From Felis catus (Eukaryota): a DNA stretch of 64,000 nucleotides. How positions within the stretch are numbered: the first letter of the stretch is position 1; every line of letters starts with the position of its first letter. A model generated the notes under the pieces. It was not told the origin of the DNA, did not search any database, and saw nothing but the letters and a program-made list of their open reading frames with translations. This document shows, piece by piece, positions 49,191-62,131 of this stretch. The DNA is taken from contig NC_058368.1 of the NCBI RefSeq assembly GCF_018350175.1, positions 231,510,001-231,574,000 of the forward strand. The letters run 5' to 3'. The translations under genes and the position numbers were made by a program.

Positions 49191-50074
49191 TTGTTGGTTT
49201 AGTTGCTATTGTTAAATTTGTGTTACAACCGGGGCGCTGTTATTTAGGACAGAGAGTGAGTGTCAATTTAAAGCGTAAAGCCATTTTTTGGAGGTGTGTT
49301 GTAAGGGCCCATGTGACAATAAAAAGGACAATTTGAGTGATGGGAGTGTATAAAACATTTTTTTTTTTTGACGTGCAGCTACTCTTAGGAAAAAGGCAAT
49401 TATTTTGGAGCTAACATTTAAATAAGGGTTATTAGCTGAGAGGAGGGGATTCGTGTCGGCAAGAGTTGACCACTGATTGCCATTCTGACAGCATAATGAC
49501 AGGTGGGGTGACAGGACAGACAGCATCTTACCATTAGGATTCCCGTGGAGTGATACCTTAGCAATCAATAATAGCAATTTATGTTTCGTAATGTAACAGT
49601 TAAGATCAAAAGGCATCAAGTTGCATATTCCGTTATATTTACTCTACACACAGGAGAAAGTCTGGCTAAGACCTCAGAGCTGCCTCCCTCACCCACAGCT
49701 GACCGTGGACACACGTGCAAGCCCAGGCGGGGCGGAAAAACTCTCAGCTGGCCTGTGGACTCAGGGGAAATAAAAATGCTTATTGTTTAAGGCACCGAGT
49801 TTGGGGAGCTCGTTACACGGCAATCACTAACTGATACAATCGATTTCATCTGTAAGGGCTGAGCCTTAAGATATTAGCGGTACGTTCTGAAGGTCCTTGA
49901 ACTCTCCAGTGTCTGTTACCAAGTACATGATGTCTACCGCATCAGTGTAAGGATGCTTCTGGGTCTCCCAGGTTGGGCTTCTAGCCTGTCCTTCTTTTGA
50001 GCTCTTAGCTGACATGTGGTGTTTCCGGTGATGGACTTGGTATCAACCTCTCTTTATCTACAATTATGCTTTTT

Positions 50075-50114
50075 GTGGAGCCCAGTGACACCATCGAGAA
50101 TGTCAAGGCAAAGA
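50075..50114 (+). pseudogene. 40-nt ubiquitin coding fragment (VEPSDTIENVKAK, residues 17-29)
   Basis: GTG GAG CCC AGT GAC ACC ATC GAG AAT GTC AAG GCA AAG A translates to 13/13 ubiquitin residues; no further ubiquitin sequence on either side. Confidence 0.88.
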
Positions 50115-50235
50115 CATTTGTGAGCCAGACCTCCGCCTTATCTGCTTCTGAATTCTCAAGACCTAATTTTGGGCTGGCTCTGCTACCCTAGCATTGGCAC
50201 TGGTAGCTGGAAGGAGCCGGTGTCGTTGTCCACAC

Positions 50236-50451
50236 CTCTGGTTCCTACCCAGGGGCAGTTTGTCCACCCGGCAGGCATTTGGAAATGTTGAGGGACATTT
50301 TTGGTTGTCACAACTGGGGGAGGCGGTGCTATTGGCATCCAGTGGATAGAAGCTACAGGTGCCACTCAGCATCCCACAGACCATAGAGGAGCTTTGCACC
50401 ACGAAGAATTATCCTGCAAAAGTATCAACAGTGCTGAGAGCAAGACACTCT
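50236..50451. mobile_element. MER20 hAT-Charlie fossil
   Basis: GACATTTTTGGTTGTCACAACTGGG...TGCTATTGGCATCCAGTGGATAGA...AAGAATTATCC. Confidence 0.85.
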
Positions 50452-50838
50452 GGTCTGGATCTATCACAGAGAAGGGTCCCCTCAGCAATCAAGCCTCTCA
50501 TCTCCGACAGCTGTGATGTTGAGGCCTCCGCCTGTGTGTGCCAGCTTTTCCTGTAGCAAGTCTCAGGAACAAAGGTTGTCTCTTTATGCTAAGTTATGCT
50601 TCATCCAGACTGAGCCAAAACTCTCCACAAAGCAGGTGTCCTCCCCAGAGATGGTGAAAGTCTTTTCATGATGCTGTCTCCGACTCCAGCTTAGCTCGGC
50701 TCCAGGATTCATCAAAATACCAAAATTACGCACAGAATAATCCATCATTCCACAGCCTGGGGAAGATCCTTACAGACCTTAAACATCTTCCACCTTTAAT
50801 TATATTTTGAGTCTGACTGAACTTAGCAAATGGTGCTT

Positions 50839-50840
<2 letters not shown>

Positions 50841-50877
<37 letters not shown>

Positions 50878-51497
50878 TTATTTTTTTTTATATATGAAAT
50901 TTATTGTCAAATTGGTTTCCATACAACACCCAGTGCTCATCCCAAAAGGTGCCCTCTTCAATACCCATCACCCACCCTCTCCTCTCTCCCACCCCCCATC
51001 AACCCTCAGTTTGTTCTCAGTTTTTAAGAGTCTCTTATGCTTTGGCTCTCTCCCACTCTAACCTCTTTTTTTTTTTTTTCCTTCCCCTCCCCCATGGGTT
51101 CCTGTTAAGTTTCTCAGGATCCACATAAGAGTGAAACCATATGGTATCTGTCTTTCTCTGTATGGCTTATTTCACTTAGCATCACACTCTCCAGTTCCAC
51201 CCACGTTGCTACAAAAGGCCATATTTCATTTTTTCTCATTGCCACGTAATATTCCATTGTGTATATAAACCACAATTTCTTTATCCATTCATCAGTTGAT
51301 GGACATTTAGGCTCTTTCCATAATTTGGCTATTGTTGAGAGTGCTGCTATGAACATTGGGGTACAAGTGCCCCTATGCATCAGTACTCCTGTATCCCTTG
51401 GATAAATTCCTAGCAGTGCTATTGCTGGGTCATAGGGTAGGTCTATTTTTCATTTTCTGAGGAACCTCCACACTGCTTTCCAGAGCGGCTGCACCAA
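50841..51497 (-). mobile_element. Young 5'-truncated felid L1
   Basis: The ORF2 C-terminus is intact (TCTPMFIAALSTIAKLWKEPKCPSTDEWIKKLW...). The tail is (TAAA)n, and the perfect TSD TAGCAAATGGTGCTTTT lies at 50824-50840 and 51498-51514. Confidence 0.95.
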
Positions 51498-54400
51498 TAG
51501 CAAATGGTGCTTTTAAACACAACAATACTAGCTTCGTCTAATGGGGTTCGGGTTTGTGGAATTTGAGTTTATTGAGCATATCTTATGCCTTCCTCAGAGG
51601 ATTTATAACTTTGTTTTTATTGCCGATAAAGCGAAAAACCACACCAAACTCTGAAGAGTGTCTCTGTCCTGGTAGAGACTTAGGGACATTCTGATGATCT
51701 GTTTTAAATCGATTATAAGCAGTAGGATCCACTGATACAGAGCCTTGGGTTATCTAGATAAAGAAGGCATATCTTGACCCCGTCGGAGAAGTGGCTCCCA
51801 CCAGCAGCGAGAAAGCTGGAGGCATTTCCACCACACGACTCTCCCCTCCCACCCCTGCAGCGGGAGCTGTGCGCCTCATCGACATATTCACGCTCGTCAG
51901 TCGGACAAGCAGAAGCACGACATGCGGAGTATGCGGTTATTGCAGAAATTAGGGATTAGTTCTCGCAGACGTGGATGTGGCGGGAGCCATCGGTGCCGGG
52001 TGCTGTGACTGCATCTGATGTCTGCGGTGAGGGCCGGGCACAAAGTCGCTCTGGGTCCACCAGAATGGCAGCGGGGAGGGACCGCCGGATGCACATAGGA
52101 GTGTGGAGAGACCCGAACATCCATGGCCAGAGAACTGGACCTCGAGACGGACAGAATGTAACTTGCAGATGTCCCTTACTGCCTCCATCCACGCCAAGGG
52201 GGGACCCGCATGAGAAGCAGGTGCCGGCCACCTCAAAGCTGCACGTGCGTCTGTTCCAGGCTTTGGACAAGCTGAAGGAGAGCTCATGACCTATGGGACC
52301 CATATTACTGACCTTTCCCTTTGCCCCAGACTCCGACATGGCTTATTCTCACATTGTTACCCATCCCAATCAATATTTTGATAATTTGTTCACCATATAT
52401 TTTCCTGCATTAATTTTAATTAAAAAAAATTTTTTTTAAACCTTTGCATTAATATGTTGTTCATCTGGAGTACTGAGTGTTTCGATCCCCCTGTAAATTT
52501 TGCACCCTGCCTTGTGGACCCTGGAGAGCCGCAGTTCGAATGTTCACCATCAAGGTGCGCCAGTGGGTCAGTGATCATGGGTATGTGCTGTCACTGTGCC
52601 TGGATCTCCTCATGAACTTCCAGAGTGTAAAAAGATATAGCTGCCACTTCACTTCTACATTCCCAATCTCATGCAAAATGTCTCTTGTGGCCAGCACTAA
52701 CCCACGGGGAACACACGGGGAAAAGGATGCCGAAAAACATGCCCTTAGCTTAGCTTAGTTGCAGTTCAGCGCACTACAGCAGCCCAACGTTTTGCACGAT
52801 TTTATTCCTCTGTGTGAAAGAGGCTGATGGGTGCCTCCAGGCTCCAGAAGTTCCTCCGAAAGCACATTCACAGGGTATCGAGCTGCTGCCCGCGTCTCTA
52901 CCCTTACACGGTTGCCATGTTTGGAACAGTTGTAACTAACACTCTTATAGCTATGAACCAAGAAATACGATGTAGCCACGTGACCTATGTAAAAACAACC
53001 CCGAACTGAAGAGAGATAGGTTTGAAAGGCTCGTCTTTGTCTAAGTGATTGGCAGCTGCTGCTTAGACAGAAGAGTTCTTGGTTCACACCTGGATGCTGT
53101 CGGATTCCATTTGTGAGATGTCCAGCTCTGTTTGGATGCTCATGCTTGTGGTGTCTGGTTAAGTAGCTCAAGGCTCTAATGAGCAAAAAGCAATCTAACG
53201 ATCACGAGCAATCCTCCGAGAACCACATTCTATGACACGTCCCATAGGTGGTGGTGCTGGCTGTGGGGTGGACTGTCTACAGGGAAATCCCCCAGCAAAG
53301 TGGAGGACCATTGAGAAACTTCTTGGTGTTTGACCAGCTTAACACCCTGGATGCAGTCCAAGATGAACTGTTTTATACTGCATGTTACTCTGCCGAACTG
53401 AGTGATGTTGAGGTGATTGTATTTGTTTTCTGAACCCGTGAATTGACTAGAGCCCCCAAATGGCTCATGTTCCCCACACATGGCAGTCAAAACGCTTCCC
53501 GTTATTGGCTTTCTGCGAGGCCAGTTTTAGTGGATTATGCCTAATTCTGGTGGAAGAAAATGACAGCCACATGCTGTAATGTGTTCTCCTCCTCTCATTT
53601 CTTCCCCCAGCGAGATTTGGATCTATTTCTCCGTTAGGAGGTGAACAACAGCTGACTTTAGGGCTCCTTCCCCCCCACGCCCAAACCTGTGATAAGAACC
53701 CGAAAGATGTGATGTTCTATTGATGTTCACTTGAAGGGGGGAGGGTAGAAAGGGGACGCCTTAACAACAACAACAACAAAAGGTGGAAAAAGAAAGAACA
53801 ACTTTTACACTTTTATCTCAGTGGGAAATTCATGCTGAGCTCTGATACATTGAGCGGTCCCTAGACAGAAATTTGAAACTATTTCCAGCTGTTTAATTTC
53901 GGTTGGCTCTGTGGAGATGGGAGCTACTCAGAGCACATGCGTGTCCGCCATTCACCCAGAGGACAGCAGTTAATAGGCTGGATAGCCCTGAGGAATGTGT
54001 CGGGGAACGCTGTCACCACCAATGACAGGATTAGTTCTTGGATGTACCTCTAAACGTATTAATCAGGAGACGACGTATCTGTATTCTAATACCTGTGGTG
54101 ACTGCTTTTCAAAAAGCACAAAGAACCGAAAGGTAGAAAGAGGCATACTTTGCATATATATTGAATTTTATTCACAGGGGCAGTATTAACATTTACTGGA
54201 AACCCAGAAATATTTCTAAAATTTCTTTTCTCTCCAGAAAAAGGGAAGGAGAAGAGTTAATCAACAGTGGGAACTGTGGTTTAGTGAGGAACCCAACGAC
54301 TTTCATACCAAAATGAGAACATGCCTACATGTTCCACCCTCATGGACGGAGGATTTCAAGAGAGGCCAGTTGTGAAAATATAAAGAGGCCTCTGTGTTTA

Positions 54401-56224
54401 ATACCCATTTCAGGAGGAGTCTAATGTCTGAATACTTCTGTGTGAATCAGCAGCATTTGCAAACTGTGGTTTCCTATTCCTATCTGAGAGGCTGTGCACA
54501 AAATGTGGAGAAAGGGCATTAAATGTGTATCTCGGGGACTGTGTATTCCTTGTGGCACGTGTAGACACATTCGGGAATAATCTGTATCATGAGGATTCAT
54601 TGCGCCTTTGTTCCTTTCCGTTATCTGAATAAACGCCGCAGAACTAAACATGTGAGTGCTCAGTGCACTACTTTTGAAGACGAGGAATATTCTTTATGTC
54701 CTCTGCAGCTATACAACCTCCCTTTGTTTTTTTGGTCACTTCCTACTTCTGACACTCCTTCTGCAGCTGTTGTCGCTGTCTTTTTTAGTCCCTCCTGGGA
54801 AGGGGTGTCCATAACTTTTAAAACTAAGAAGTCATTGTGATGTTGCGATTTGCATTTTTAGGGTAGCTCCTTCCATCTGTTTTCCAGAAAAGGTAATTCT
54901 GCAAAGCGAATTTGGCCAGGTTTTATTGAATAATAATATTTTTAAAGCAGAGGCAGCGTTCATCACAAATAGAATGGGACAAAGACCGTGCCGTTGGAAT
55001 GTGACAGATTTAGCTTTAGGGCTAGATGGAATGTTCCATGTGGCTTCTGTGAAGGATGGATTTCCTAGCCAAATTTGTAAGAGAGCAGTCACGGCTGTCA
55101 ACAGCCATCAGTACCGGGGCAGGAGACGGGCAGATCTGGGATTCCCATTTTAAGGACAACACAAAGAGATGAATACGGGGACGGTCTCACTTGCTCTACC
55201 CTGGGCCTTCCCATATCTTCTGAGTGCACCAGCACCACTGATGCACCATCTCAGAGCATTGGCTCCATGTTTCAACCTCTCAAACGTCCTCGGGCATCAT
55301 CCATTCCCCTCTATGCTTCTCAGAGGTCAGCTTCCCCAAGCAGGTGGCTGGTTTCTGTGGGTTCCAGTTCCCTTTTCCTTCTGGGGTGTCCAGGTGGGAA
55401 AGGGTCTCTCTCTTCCCCAGATGTGTTTCTTGTCAGCACTGGGAACTTCAGATGCCCGGAGAGAGTGGTCCTCTCTCTGAGGGTCTCAGCAGACAGGTGG
55501 AGTGGAGCTGGGTCCCTTTCTTCTTTCAACCTGGCCTTTAAGTGCCCCAGGAGCTACCACACTGGTTAGATAGTGTCTTCCCTGAAAAGCTGGGGTAATT
55601 TAAGAGGGGAATTGCAATGCAGGAGTGGAGAGCTTCAACATAGGCACACAATAGGACAGTTGCCTGAGGTCTACAAGAAAGCATTTAAAGTGTTGAACTC
55701 TCTCCAAACAGTTCACCCTGCCCCACCCCAGGGCTCACCTGCCACCCTACCCAATATGTTCCAATCAGTAAAAATATCTTTTTTCTAGCCTACCACAAAA
55801 GAATTACTACTCACTTTTGGGGAACTGTTATACCCCTTCCCCATTCCCAAGTATTCCCCTCCCCTCTGGGCAATTGTCATGTCTGAGACATCAGGTCATG
55901 GCTAACACTGGAGTTTCAGCAGAATGGTCAATGCCGGCCAATGATGCACTAAGTTCCTTTTCTTCCCCACAAAGCCTGAGGGCAGTTTTGGGGTAAGACT
56001 AGGGAATCTCACACAACATGAAGGATGTGTGCTGTCACACAGCCCTGTGAGTGCCACATGCTAATCCTTTCCTCTTGCTGGCATTGGACCAAGCTCACAC
56101 AAGGGTGTCTCCCAAGAACCAACACTCTTTCTCGGTGACCAGACAGTCTAGATCTGAACTTGCAAGCTGGCAGCAGGAGGCTGAATTCAGGTGACGGCAC
56201 AGAGTTGTAAAAATATCTGAATTT

Positions 56225-56391
56225 GGGGGTGCTTGGGTGGCTCAGTTGGTTGAGCATCCAACTCTTGATTTTGGCTCAGACCATGATTTCACGGTTGTGG
56301 GATCAAGCCCTGCATTGGGCTCTGTGCTGACCATGTGGAGCATGCTTGGGATTTTCTCTCCCTCTCTCTCTGCCCCTTCCCCACTCATGTG

Positions 56392-56424
<33 letters not shown>

Positions 56425-56458
56425 CCCCCCCCACCCAAAATAATAATAATAAACTTAA
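56225..56458 (+). mobile_element. CanSINE
   Basis: SINE body; TSD AAAAATATCTGAAT. Confidence 0.92.
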
Positions 56459-58213
56459 AAAAATATCTGAATCTGGATGTCTATTGGCAGGAGGCCCCCT
56501 TTCCAGTTCCCTATGGTCCTCACCACTCCCAGTTGGCTCCTGTCCTCTTCCTACATGGGTCCTAAAGTCATTTGAGTGTGTGATCAAATGGAAGAGGGAG
56601 ATGATGTCTGCCTCCCCACTCCATGACTGTGAAAGCATTGTGTCTAGTAGGTTTTCTCATCCCTGTTTGGGCTTCACAGACTCAGAAAAGAGCCACATCC
56701 CCCTTAATGGTGTCTCCCTTAGCACACAAGATGTTTTGGAAGGGTGGCTGTTGTCTGACCACCAAAAAAACCCCAGGTGTGAGTGGATAAGGGTCTTCTG
56801 CTTAAAACTGACTGATTTGGCTTAAAGACTGAAAGTTGACGGAATCACATAACAGGTGAGATCAAAGTATGATCTTTAGAGATATTTCACCTGGACTTAG
56901 AAACAGAAGGTGAGGGAGATCGAGTGATTGTTCAGACAGGGAGGAGATACCACGTATGACTCCCAAGTCCGGGGCTTTCACTTGTGGAGCAACAAAGTCT
57001 CCTGGCATGGGGGCTCAGACCCAACAGGACCCCAACTAAACCTTTGACCAGGAATAAAAGAAAAAAAGAAAGGGAAAACCCTCTGGCGGTGAGCTCTTGT
57101 AGGACTTTGAGATTCCACTTTGGCCCTGATGGTCTAACTCGGAGCACAAAACGGGACCTCCAAGTATTGGCCTGAGGGATGGTTGCTGGGGAGCCTTTGA
57201 AGAGACGGAGTACTTTCTAGACTTCTAGGTTTTGCAAATTTGCTTAAAGTCAATCACAACAATAGTTTTTCCTGATAAATGTAACATTGTCAACACCTTC
57301 CTTTGCCATATAGGTATGGTTGAAAACAAAACAAAATAAAACTAGGGCCACTTACTAGCTCCATAATTTCCTAAAAGAAAGGACTTTTAAAACCAAAAAA
57401 GTAGGCTGACATAATCTCAAAGTGAGATCAGTTCCTCCAAAGAAAAATAGTTGTCCAGTTTACACCAATAAAGTAAGAAACACGAAGGACGTAGTTTAAA
57501 ATATCAAGTGCAGAGAAGATACGTTCGATGATTTTGTTATGCTGCCTATTTTGCTTTTTACAATAAGTTTATCAATTTGGGAAGATATCACTGATGCTGT
57601 AAAATAAGGTAACCTTGAATTACCCAACTTGTTCCATGGTAGTACTTTGTTTTTATCACAGTCACTATTGAGAATTGGGTTGGTAGGAGAGTTTTGATGA
57701 TATTTTGCATATTTGGAATATTCTTGCAATATGAGGGGAGGTAAAAAAAAAAAAAAAGACAGCAGCCCTTTTGATTGAGTGAGAGTGAGTGGCTTCTCTC
57801 AGTCTTCCTGTGCAGGTCACGAAGAGAGTAGGCTAGATTCGTAGGGTTATGTGGAATCTAAGGGGAGCCTTTTAGGAGCCTGCCAGCCTGGAGTCCTGAG
57901 GGCCCATCAGAGACAAAGAGAATATGCCAGAGAGAAATGTTGGGGAAGGTTTGTCAGGGGATAGCACAGTGGGTTCCAGAGGCGGGTGCCACCTTGATCT
58001 CAGGACCTCCGCTCATTAGTTTCAAACTCAAGACAAGTTATGTAGCCTTCTGAATTCTTTGTTTTCTCATATATAAAATGAAAATCAAAAGAGTCCTATC
58101 TCACTGGGGTGCCACGAGGATTATCTGAATGATGATGGCTTTGAAGTTTAGCGGTCCTGATGTGCCATAAACCGTCAGAAATGGTTGCATTTCTAATTCG
58201 GCCAGAACATTAT

Positions 58214-58443
58214 CTGTCAGATTAATGATTGATGGAATTAATGGATGACTTAACGATAACAGGGCACCAGTGAATTTTAGGATTAGACGTGCTATTTCTC
58301 CAAGTCAATATGGTTGTGCCTGACAGATAGTGTAATTATGATCTTTTGCCTGCATATAATATTTCCCCCAACTTCATTAACAAGTTATTTCTTCACGTGC
58401 TATAATTAAACTGTTTAATTAATCTACCTAAATAATCTTTGAT
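58214..58443. promoter_or_regulatory. Candidate developmental enhancer (PBX-HOX/MEIS/homeodomain/TCF motif cluster)
   Basis: CTGTCA 58214, TGATTGATGG 58226, TTAATGG 58238, TGACAG 58321, CACGTG 58394, TAATTAAAC-T-GTTTAATTA 58403-58421 and CTTTGAT 58437. Confidence 0.5.
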
Positions 58444-59463
58444 TAGTGGCCTGAGGGTGGGGTAAATGTACAGGTGAAATTTATTTCTGGACATGTCTGT
58501 CTTTCTTTGTATTCATGTATCATATTTCAGTTTTAGATAGAAAAATCCCAAAGTTGTTGTAAGGGCAATGGAAAAAAGAAAGGGTGAGGGCTATTTGGAA
58601 ATACCTGATTGAATGTCTAAGTCCAGCCTGATCGTTCTGTTACCCGGAGTGATGGGTGGAACATTGTATTAGGGTTTGGGGTTTTGAATTAGTAGTATTA
58701 TTCCACTGGCTTCAGCAGTGGACTTTCTCAAAAGGGAAAATTATTATGAAAATTAGAACCTGTAGCCATATATATGATTCTGTCTTTGTTGGTGTGAACT
58801 GCTCTGGGGAATTCATCCTTCAATCCAGCTAATGGTAATAGTCTAGAAAGTAAAAAATTACATAGTTGGGTGTGAATTACACTGCTATGTCTATATGCCT
58901 ATTGCTAAGTTCTCTGAACCATATGGAACCTTTTGAGAAAAATTGCAGGAAATATTTTCTTTCTTGTTTTTCAAGACCACAGTGCTATAAAAAGGGTCTA
59001 TAAACCTGGAAGCAAAAATAAGTATACATAAATAAAGTTATTTTTGTTGATCTAGAGAAAAAGACTATATATTATATTAGTATACTTATAAACACATATT
59101 TAACTTTATTATATAATAAAATCTATATTTTTGAAGTCAGCCATGAGTCAAGATTATTTGCAATCACTTTATTTCTATTGATTTTTTTTTTTTCTGCCCT
59201 GAGCATATGTCCATATTGGAGATTTACTCTTTGATCCTTGGGTTTGCTGAAGGTAGACTAATTTTAATACTTTGGTTGAATTGTTCATTTCTAAAGATGT
59301 GGGTAGAGATCATGTCTTGGACATGTTAAAATGTTCAGTGCATTTTATGGTAGCCACTTGCCCATAGAAAATGCTTGACAGTGGTGAACTGAACAACTGC
59401 TTGTTCACTTAGTATTCTCCTTTGGGCACTGTTTGGGGCAGAGAAAAGATTTCAGGTGGCACT

Positions 59464-59489
59464 TAAAATTTTTTTAAGTTTATTTATTT

Positions 59490-59525
<36 letters not shown>

Positions 59526-59700
59526 GGAGTATGAGTGAGCAGGGGAGTGGTAGAGAGAGAAGGAGAGAGAGAATCCCAAGCAGGCTCCACACTGCCAGCA
59601 CAGAGCCTGACACAGGACTTGAACTCCCAAACTGTGAGATCATGACCTGAGCTGAAACCAAGAGTGGGATGCTTAACCAACTGAGCTACCCAGATGCCCC
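59464..59700 (-). mobile_element. CanSINE
   Basis: Reverse SINE with (AG)n. Confidence 0.92.
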
Positions 59701-60137
59701 TCATGGGTCACTTTTTACTCATGAGGAGACAAAATTTGTGGGGTAAAATTCCTCCCGTAGAATGTGCTCCCCCCTGGGCTAAGTCTGAGCAGTGGGGGAC
59801 AAGAAAGAGGGACTCTGTTGCTCTGGTGAGCCAGGGCCTGGGGTTCTTATGTCTGTATCCAGGAATGTAGTTGGGTCAGGCAGAGTGGACACTGTGGTGT
59901 GATTTTAATGCTGCCAGAAAGTCATTCATCACCCATCCCTTGCTGTGAGTAGTAACTGCGGCATTGGCCACAGGAAAACATGATGTCAGTATGAACACAG
60001 CCAACCTCTGAAATAACAACTGTTCTTTGGCCAACCTTGGAAAGGACATGGTCAAACGGAGGCACTGCCCAAGTGCCTCTCCTTTATCCAGCTTGTAGTG
60101 TTCAAGAATTATCTGGGGGAAAAAATAATTGTCTGGG

Positions 60138-60252
60138 GAATGGAGCTCCTGGCTGGCTCAGTCGGTAGAGCATGAGACTCTTGATCTTGGGGTCATGAGT
60201 CTGAGCCCCATGTTGGGTGTAGAGATGACTTAAAAACAAATCTTAAAAAAAA
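60138..60252 (+). mobile_element. Short/old CanSINE lacking the CT tract
   Basis: GGCTGGCTCAGTCGGTAGAGCATGAGACTCTTGATCT...GGTGTAGAGATGACTTAAAA. Confidence 0.8.
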
Positions 60253-61591
60253 TTATCTAGGGAAGATATCTCGCTTCTCCAATTGGGATCTTTGATTGGC
60301 TTCCTTATCTTAATTCCTTCCTTTTTATGATTTCCCCTGACAATCCTTTTTGCTCTCATTCATTTGGTTGTCTCCTAGAGCTTGAATTTGGCTCTCATCT
60401 CTTACTTTCATGAAAGGAGGGGGCATACCAGCTGCTCTCATGAGATCCGACAGAGACAGACCTGTCCAGAAACTTAATCATTCAAACCCTGCATCACTCA
60501 GCAAAACTAGAAACACTAGTTCCTTCTTATTTCCTTAGATTCTTCTGGTACTTGGGTTTTCAAATGATTGCTATTTTAAGAGAATTAATACCCTGAATTT
60601 TAAATGAGTTCCTGGGACATTTTCTGTTGTGGCTTTTTCCACGGGAATAGTGACTTTGACAACTCTCTTTCTCCCCGTCGTACATTTGACCCTTCCTATT
60701 TTTGTGGAGAACAGACTGAGCTTTCAAAATGTAGCTCAAGTAACTTTCCCTCCATCTTCTGGGAAATCTTATCACTTACCCTTTTGTGGGCTCACAGTAG
60801 TCTCGACTTTGTTCTGTAATCACAGGCATCATACTTTTTGGTACTTGTTTACTTTTCTGTCTGCCATTATTTATTAGTCTGTATAGCCCTTGAAGAGTGA
60901 GTCTGTGCGTTATTCTTCATCATATCCTCAGTGTCTAGCAGAATGTGTAGTAGGCACTCGATAAAGTCTTGTTGTCCAAACCTCGAAGACACCATGTGAT
61001 AGCTAACACACAAGAGACCAAGGGTGCAGGCCCGTTCAGGAACAGGAGGCAGGGAAAAGTGGAAGAGAGTAGGTGTAGAGACGCAAAGCACGTGGACTGC
61101 TTTTCTTCTGAGGATTCTGGCATGACCCAGCATTTGAGGTAACTCTGAGATACCTGAGAGATAGGTAGGCTGAGGAATGTCCAGTTATAAAGCCTGAAAG
61201 GGAGAGAGAGATCGTGGTCAAAACTGTAAACGTGAATCCCTTTTTGATAAGAGGTATTTGAAGCAGTAGGTGTGGACGACATTGCCCAGGCAGAGTGGAC
61301 CAAGTAAGAAGAAATGAGGACCCAGGAATCTAAAGTCAGGTGCTTGTAAGTTTGCCAGAGGGAGAGAGTAAGACGTAAACCTGGTGGTGGCTGTGTTATA
61401 CAAGGCAAAGGTAGTCATGTTTCTGGAAAGATGGATGGTCAGTGATGTTGGTGCAGTGGAAAGATCAAACGAGAATCAAAGAAGTACTTGGTAAAACAAT
61501 GAATAAATAACAGGTCAAGTAAGATAAAAAGAACACCTCAAACTTAGTCCAGCCAAGTCTGAAATCATTATTTTCCCCAAAACAATTGGTC

Positions 61592-62131
61592 TGTGTTGAA
61601 AGGTCCTTAAGACCAGTGATCCACTAGAAGGACTAAGGACTGAGAATATAATCATGCCCATGGCTGTGATCTATTATAGAGAAAGAATACCAATTACGAT
61701 CAGCAAAGGAAATGGCACACGGGGTGAAGTCTGGGGGAAATCTGGTGCTAGCTTTCAAGAGTCCTCTCCCAGTGGATCCACACGGGATGCACTTAATTTC
61801 TCCCAGCAGTGAGTTACGACAACATGTGTGGAATGTTGCCATCGAGGGAAGCTCATTAGAGCTTCAATGCCCAGGGTTGTTATTGGGAGCTGATCACATA
61901 TGTACCCCCTGCCTGGCACGTACTCAAATTCCAGACTCCAAGAAGGAAAGCAGATGTTCAGCTGAAACCAATTGTTATTAACCTGGTTTAGGCACAGTGA
62001 GCCATTCTTATCAGTTAATGGCAGAAACCTACCTGAAATCAAGCTCCCAGATGACCCAGAGGGTCCAACCTTCTAAAGAGGCCTTTCAAAGGATAGCAGT
62101 GAGGCCTGCTATGGTAACTCTTGCCTGTACA
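61592..62131 (-). mobile_element. ERVL solo LTR (MER77-like)
   Basis: The end AAGGATAGCAGTGAGGCCTGCTATGGTAACTCTT is the reverse of the recalled MER77 start. Confidence 0.7.

Noticed and set aside
53248..53433. Exon-like ORF VVVLAVGWTVYREIP... and an NF-kB-like GGGAAATCCC
   Set aside because: Splice sites are weak and I do not recognise the peptide. A single degenerate kB site is expected several times by chance in 64 kb.
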